Assembly: GCA_947459535.1 (NCBI GenBank)
Contig: CANHDY010000003.1
Coordinates: 1 to 50,526, forward strand
Source: Rickettsiales bacterium
GTDB taxonomy: Bacteria; Pseudomonadota; Alphaproteobacteria; Rickettsiales; SXRF01
Direction: 5' to 3'
Length of the DNA stretch: 50,526 nt
Shown here: in pieces, positions 46,811 to 50,526 of the stretch
Layout: every line of letters starts with the position of its first letter
Position numbering within the stretch: position 1 is the first letter of the stretch
Translations under genes and position numbers: made by a program
Notes under the pieces: generated by a model
The model's input: only the letters and a program-made list of their open reading frames with translations
Databases searched by the model: none
What the model was told of the DNA's origin: nothing

Positions 46811-49800
46811 ATGGTCAACTCAATTAACACCAATATTGCGTCTTATTTTGCGCAAGCAAACATTAGCCGCGCATCCGATATGTCCTCATCGTCAGTCGCG
46901 CGTCTTTCGAGCGGTAACCGCATCGTAAGAGCGTCCGATGACGTAGCAGGTCTTTCTATCGGTACCAGCCTTCGCACCAGCGTTTCGGCACTGCGTACCG
47001 CACTCGTGAACGCCTCGCAGGGCTCCAGCCTGCTTCAGGTCGCTGACGGTGCGCTCTCGCAGGTGACGGAGATTCTGCAACGTCAACGCGCCATTGCCTT
47101 CCAGGCGGGTTCGGGTACGCTGCAAAACTCTGACCGCGTGTTCCTCAACCAGGAATTCCAGGCACTGACCTCTGAGGTCGATCGTCTGACGGGTTCCACC
47201 AACTTCAACGGTGTGCGCCTGCTCAACGGTTCGCTCACCAGTGCTGCTGGTATTAATTCGAATAGCAACGCTTCCACGGGCGGCGAACTTCGCCTGAATT
47301 TCAACGATCTCATCACGGCTGGTGAGTCGGTGATTGTTGGCGGCGTGACCATGGTTGGTCTGAATGCTGCTTCGACTGATCCGCGTGGTTTCGTTGTCAC
47401 TGCAGATATCAACACCACCCTGCAGAACCTTGCTAACGCACTCAACAACCTTGCTTCCAACGCGACCTACGGTACTTCAGTCGGTCAAGCAACATACAGC
47501 GTTGATGGCAACTCGCTGGTGGTTAAATCCCGCACTGGCGGCACGCTCAGCAACAACTTCACCTCTTCTTCTGTGGCAACCGGCCAGTCGCTGAACGGCC
47601 TTGGATCTGCTGCTGTTGGCACGGCCGCTGGTGATGACATCACCATTAACCTTGCGAATTCCGGCTTTGTCGTCGGCCAGCGCGTGGTGTTTAATGGTAT
47701 GTCGGCTGTCGGCGGTATCACGCTCTCTGGTGAATATGTTGTGACCGCAGTAAGCGGCAGCAACTTTACCATTGATCAGGCTGGTACGCCTGGCAACACC
47801 ACCAACGTGAACCAAGGTGCTAACGCGATCGTCTATGCTGCGACCGCTGCTTACACCAGCTCGGTTTCTTATGGTGAGGCCTCCTTCAACACTGGCGGTT
47901 CCAGCTTCAGCCTGTTTTCAACCACGGGTGCCACCTCGGCAACCACGGTGGTTTCTGCAAACACGGCGGCTGCAGGTACACCATTCCAGAATGGCGATTC
48001 CATTACCGCAACCGTCAATGGCGTGACCAAGACCCTCTACACCTTCGGTGCAGCAGGTGACAGTGGTGCACGTACATTGAAAGACGTGGTGGATGGTATC
48101 AATGCTAACTTTGCCAACACTGGTTTCAAAGCAGCGCTGACCTATAGCGGTGGCGGGTATAACATTCGCCTCAGCTATGCCGGCAATGCGAGCAACGTGG
48201 TCATTGATTACGGCAGCAACTTTGTTGGTACCAACTATGCAGTGGCTGGCCAGGGTATTGGCACAACCGCTGCAAACGGTGCGACAGCCGCCGCATCTGC
48301 AACCCGTGCACTGTTTGGCACCAGCTACATCGATGTGCTGAACACTGCGAGCAGTGTCGCGAACTTAACCACCTCCGTGGTTGGTACCGATGCTACCGCT
48401 CCGTTTGCGGTTGGCAACACCATCACGCTGAACGTTAACGGCAAGAGCGAAATCCTGCACACGATTGCTGCAAGTAACACTCTGACGCAGATTGTCAGCG
48501 GTATCAACTCGCGTACAGCCGATACCGGTGTCGTGGCGATGATCAGCGGCACAGGCGGCGCTTACAACATTCGCCTGTTTGTTTCTGATTCAGCTGCTTC
48601 CCCAACTGTTGCAGGTAGGACGAACGATGTGATCACCGTCAGTTCAGCCACAGCGCTGGGCAGCGGTACGGTGAACGCAGCCACGGTTGGCACGATCGAT
48701 TCCAGCACAACACTCGTTCGCAACAGCAACTTCGGTCTTGCGGGTGGTCTGGATAACGGCATCAGCGCGGGCAGTGTTTCGGTCACCGGTTCGGTGGGCG
48801 ACAGCATCCTGACTTCGCTGGCACAGACACGTGCTAATACGTCGTTGATTTTCACCACTAACGCGTCGGCGAACGATACCATTACCCTTGGTGGTAAGGT
48901 GTTCACGTTCACCAGCAACACGACACGTGCGGTGGATGAGATCCTGATCGGTGCGTCGGTTTCAGAAACGATCGATAATCTGATCAACACGCTGCGCAGC
49001 TATCTGTCGAATGGTAACGCTACGACAGCAGAGGCCTACCAGCTCAACCAGATGGAATTTGCCCGCAGCGGCAATACCTTCACGGTGACGGGCAAAGGTC
49101 TTGGTAACATTACCACCATCAATGGTGCGAATGCGACCATCGCACGTTCCAACACCAGTGGCACGTCGCTCACATCGGGCACGTTCGACAATGCCTCCAG
49201 CACCTATGGTGTGGATGTAACCGGCATTACCAACGCGGATTTCCGCGGTGTGCTGCAGGGCTTCCAGGCCACTTATACGGGAACGGCGGATACGGTGAAC
49301 CTGTCGATCAAGATCGGCAACTTTACCTACACGGCAAGAAATATGGATACCACGGTGTCTTCTAACACCCGCGTACGTCTGTATTCCGATACCGTGGATA
49401 GTAAAAACGGTGGGTATTTCGATATCCAGCTTGCTTCGGGTGCTGTTGCCAACGGCTTCAGTGACCAGGCGGGTGCGGATGCGATTGCCAGCCGCCTCAA
49501 CGTGGCCTTCACCACGCTGACCTTCCGTCAGGAACGCCAGATCTCGAGCTACAGTGGCACGCAGGGTATCTCCTCCAACGGCACCATCATTGGTTCGCTG
49601 GTAGGTACCAAAGTGTCGGCTCAGGTGAATGATTTCAGCAACCTCCGTCTGTCTGATATCAAAGTCACCGCACCGACCGGAAGTGCTACCGATGCGAAGA
49701 TCAGTCTGCTGATTAATGGTGTTAACTACACCACCACGGCAGGTCTGGGCTCAAAGATCGGCGCGAATCAGACCTTCCGTCTGGTCAGCGAAGTGGATGC

Positions 49801-50311
49801 GAACCAGTATCTCGAGTTCACCACGGGTAACACCTCGATCGATATCAGCTCTGCGGCCAATGCTGCAGCAGTTGAAGACGCTCTGAAAAGCGCGTTTGGT
49901 GCGACTTCCGGCTCTGCCGCGCTGTCGTTCCAGATCGGCTCCAGCGCGACCGACACGCTGTCGGTATCGATTGGTGATGCGACCACTGACTCGTTGTTTA
50001 ACGGTGAAGTGCTCGATGTGTTGAGCCAGGTCAGCTCAACCCGCGCTGCCGCTGTACTCGATACGGCACTTCAGAAAGTGACCAGCATCCGTGCGGATGT
50101 GGGTGCGCTCCAATCCAGGTTTAACTTTGCTTCGGCGAACATTCAGATCGCCGTGCAGAACCAGGATGCTGCGCAGTCTCAGCTGCTCGATACTGACATT
50201 GCCTCTGAGTCGACCTCGTATGCCACCTCGCAGGTGAAACTGCAGGCTGGTATCTCGGTACTCGCTCAGGCTAACCAGCAGCTCCAGGCCCTCCTGAAGC
50301 TGATCGGTTAA
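46811..50311 (+). CDS. fliC: Giant flagellin (1166 aa)
   Basis: INTNIAS...RLSSGNRI...QVADGAL N-terminus; RADVGALQSRF...DTDIASE...LAQANQ C-terminus; central region of roughly 850 aa. Confidence 0.96.
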   Translation: MVNSINTNIASYFAQANISRASDMSSSSVARLSSGNRIVRASDDVAGLSIGTSLRTSVSALRTALVNASQGSSLLQVADGALSQVTEILQRQRAIAFQAGSGTLQNSDRVFLNQEFQALTSEVDRLTGSTNFNGVRLLNGSLTSAAGINSNSNASTGGELRLNFNDLITAGESVIVGGVTMVGLNAASTDPRGFVVTADINTTLQNLANALNNLASNATYGTSVGQATYSVDGNSLVVKSRTGGTLSNNFTSSSVATGQSLNGLGSAAVGTAAGDDITINLANSGFVVGQRVVFNGMSAVGGITLSGEYVVTAVSGSNFTIDQAGTPGNTTNVNQGANAIVYAATAAYTSSVSYGEASFNTGGSSFSLFSTTGATSATTVVSANTAAAGTPFQNGDSITATVNGVTKTLYTFGAAGDSGARTLKDVVDGINANFANTGFKAALTYSGGGYNIRLSYAGNASNVVIDYGSNFVGTNYAVAGQGIGTTAANGATAAASATRALFGTSYIDVLNTASSVANLTTSVVGTDATAPFAVGNTITLNVNGKSEILHTIAASNTLTQIVSGINSRTADTGVVAMISGTGGAYNIRLFVSDSAASPTVAGRTNDVITVSSATALGSGTVNAATVGTIDSSTTLVRNSNFGLAGGLDNGISAGSVSVTGSVGDSILTSLAQTRANTSLIFTTNASANDTITLGGKVFTFTSNTTRAVDEILIGASVSETIDNLINTLRSYLSNGNATTAEAYQLNQMEFARSGNTFTVTGKGLGNITTINGANATIARSNTSGTSLTSGTFDNASSTYGVDVTGITNADFRGVLQGFQATYTGTADTVNLSIKIGNFTYTARNMDTTVSSNTRVRLYSDTVDSKNGGYFDIQLASGAVANGFSDQAGADAIASRLNVAFTTLTFRQERQISSYSGTQGISSNGTIIGSLVGTKVSAQVNDFSNLRLSDIKVTAPTGSATDAKISLLINGVNYTTTAGLGSKIGANQTFRLVSEVDANQYLEFTTGNTSIDISSAANAAAVEDALKSAFGATSGSAALSFQIGSSATDTLSVSIGDATTDSLFNGEVLDVLSQVSSTRAAAVLDTALQKVTSIRADVGALQSRFNFASANIQIAVQNQDAAQSQLLDTDIASESTSYATSQVKLQAGISVLAQANQQLQALLKLIG

Positions 50312-50332
50312 CCCGGGAGACTCTACGGGAAT

Positions 50333-50359
50333 GGCCGGGGTGGTAACCCCATCCCGGCC
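50333..50359 (+). other. Stem-loop after the flagellin stop
   Basis: GGCCGGGGTGG-loop-CCATCCCGGCC. There is no U-tract, so it is more likely an mRNA stabiliser or weak terminator. Confidence 0.5.
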
Positions 50360-50379
50360 TGACCTGTAAGGAGGACGAT

Positions 50380-50526
50380 ATGGATGCATTAGGACCCATT
50401 AAACCAGCAGCTCGAACGCCCATGCCGGTGAAAGCCTCGGCGGTGCTTCCCGCTGCTTCAGCTGCACAAAGCATTCAGTTGCCGCAAGGCAATCTAGAAA
50501 CCGTGCAGTATGATGCTAAAGTGGCG
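50380..50526 (+). CDS. Partial ORF after flagellin (unassigned)
   Basis: Strong RBS AAGGAGG, then MDALGPIKPAARTPMPVK..., open to the window end. Confidence 0.6.
   Translation, partial: MDALGPIKPAARTPMPVKASAVLPAASAAQSIQLPQGNLETVQYDAKVA

Overview
Chromosomal window of an alphaproteobacterium. Gene content and repeat types suggest a basal Rickettsiales-like lineage; this is an inference. The left edge holds the start of an IS630-family transposase inserted at a TA inside a pilin-like gene, followed by vapBC, an alkaline phosphatase and a TetR regulator. The backbone is mostly housekeeping: merR-ihfA-fabH-plsX-rpmF, cfa, phhA/hppD, mrp, hflKC-degP, serB/miaA, ilvB-ilvN-ilvC-leuA, mreBCD-mrdA and dksA. 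A flagellar cluster follows (fliX, flgIJ, flgN-like, flgKL, fliW, TPR-methyltransferase, fliB, 1166-aa flagellin). Four observations stand out. (1) A 735-aa Ham1/ITPase-like + degenerate LOG + LOG fusion lies directly behind miaA, a candidate NTP-to-free-base enzyme for modified purines or cytokinins. (2) Three unrelated orphan genes share a GTCAT-N6-(G/T)TCA(T/C) box 32-34 nt before a -10 element, and two of them share an SFVx(R/K)(L/I)xxxR C-terminal tail, suggesting a co-regulated, possibly secreted set. (3) Several families of Rickettsia-palindromic-element-like repeats are present, with in-frame insertions in serB and ilvB and one copy forming a 47-codon ORF that overlaps both the hflK stop and the hflC start. 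(4) The giant flagellin and FlgK share the same inserted beta-rich module. All calls come from motif recognition by eye; no database searches were run.
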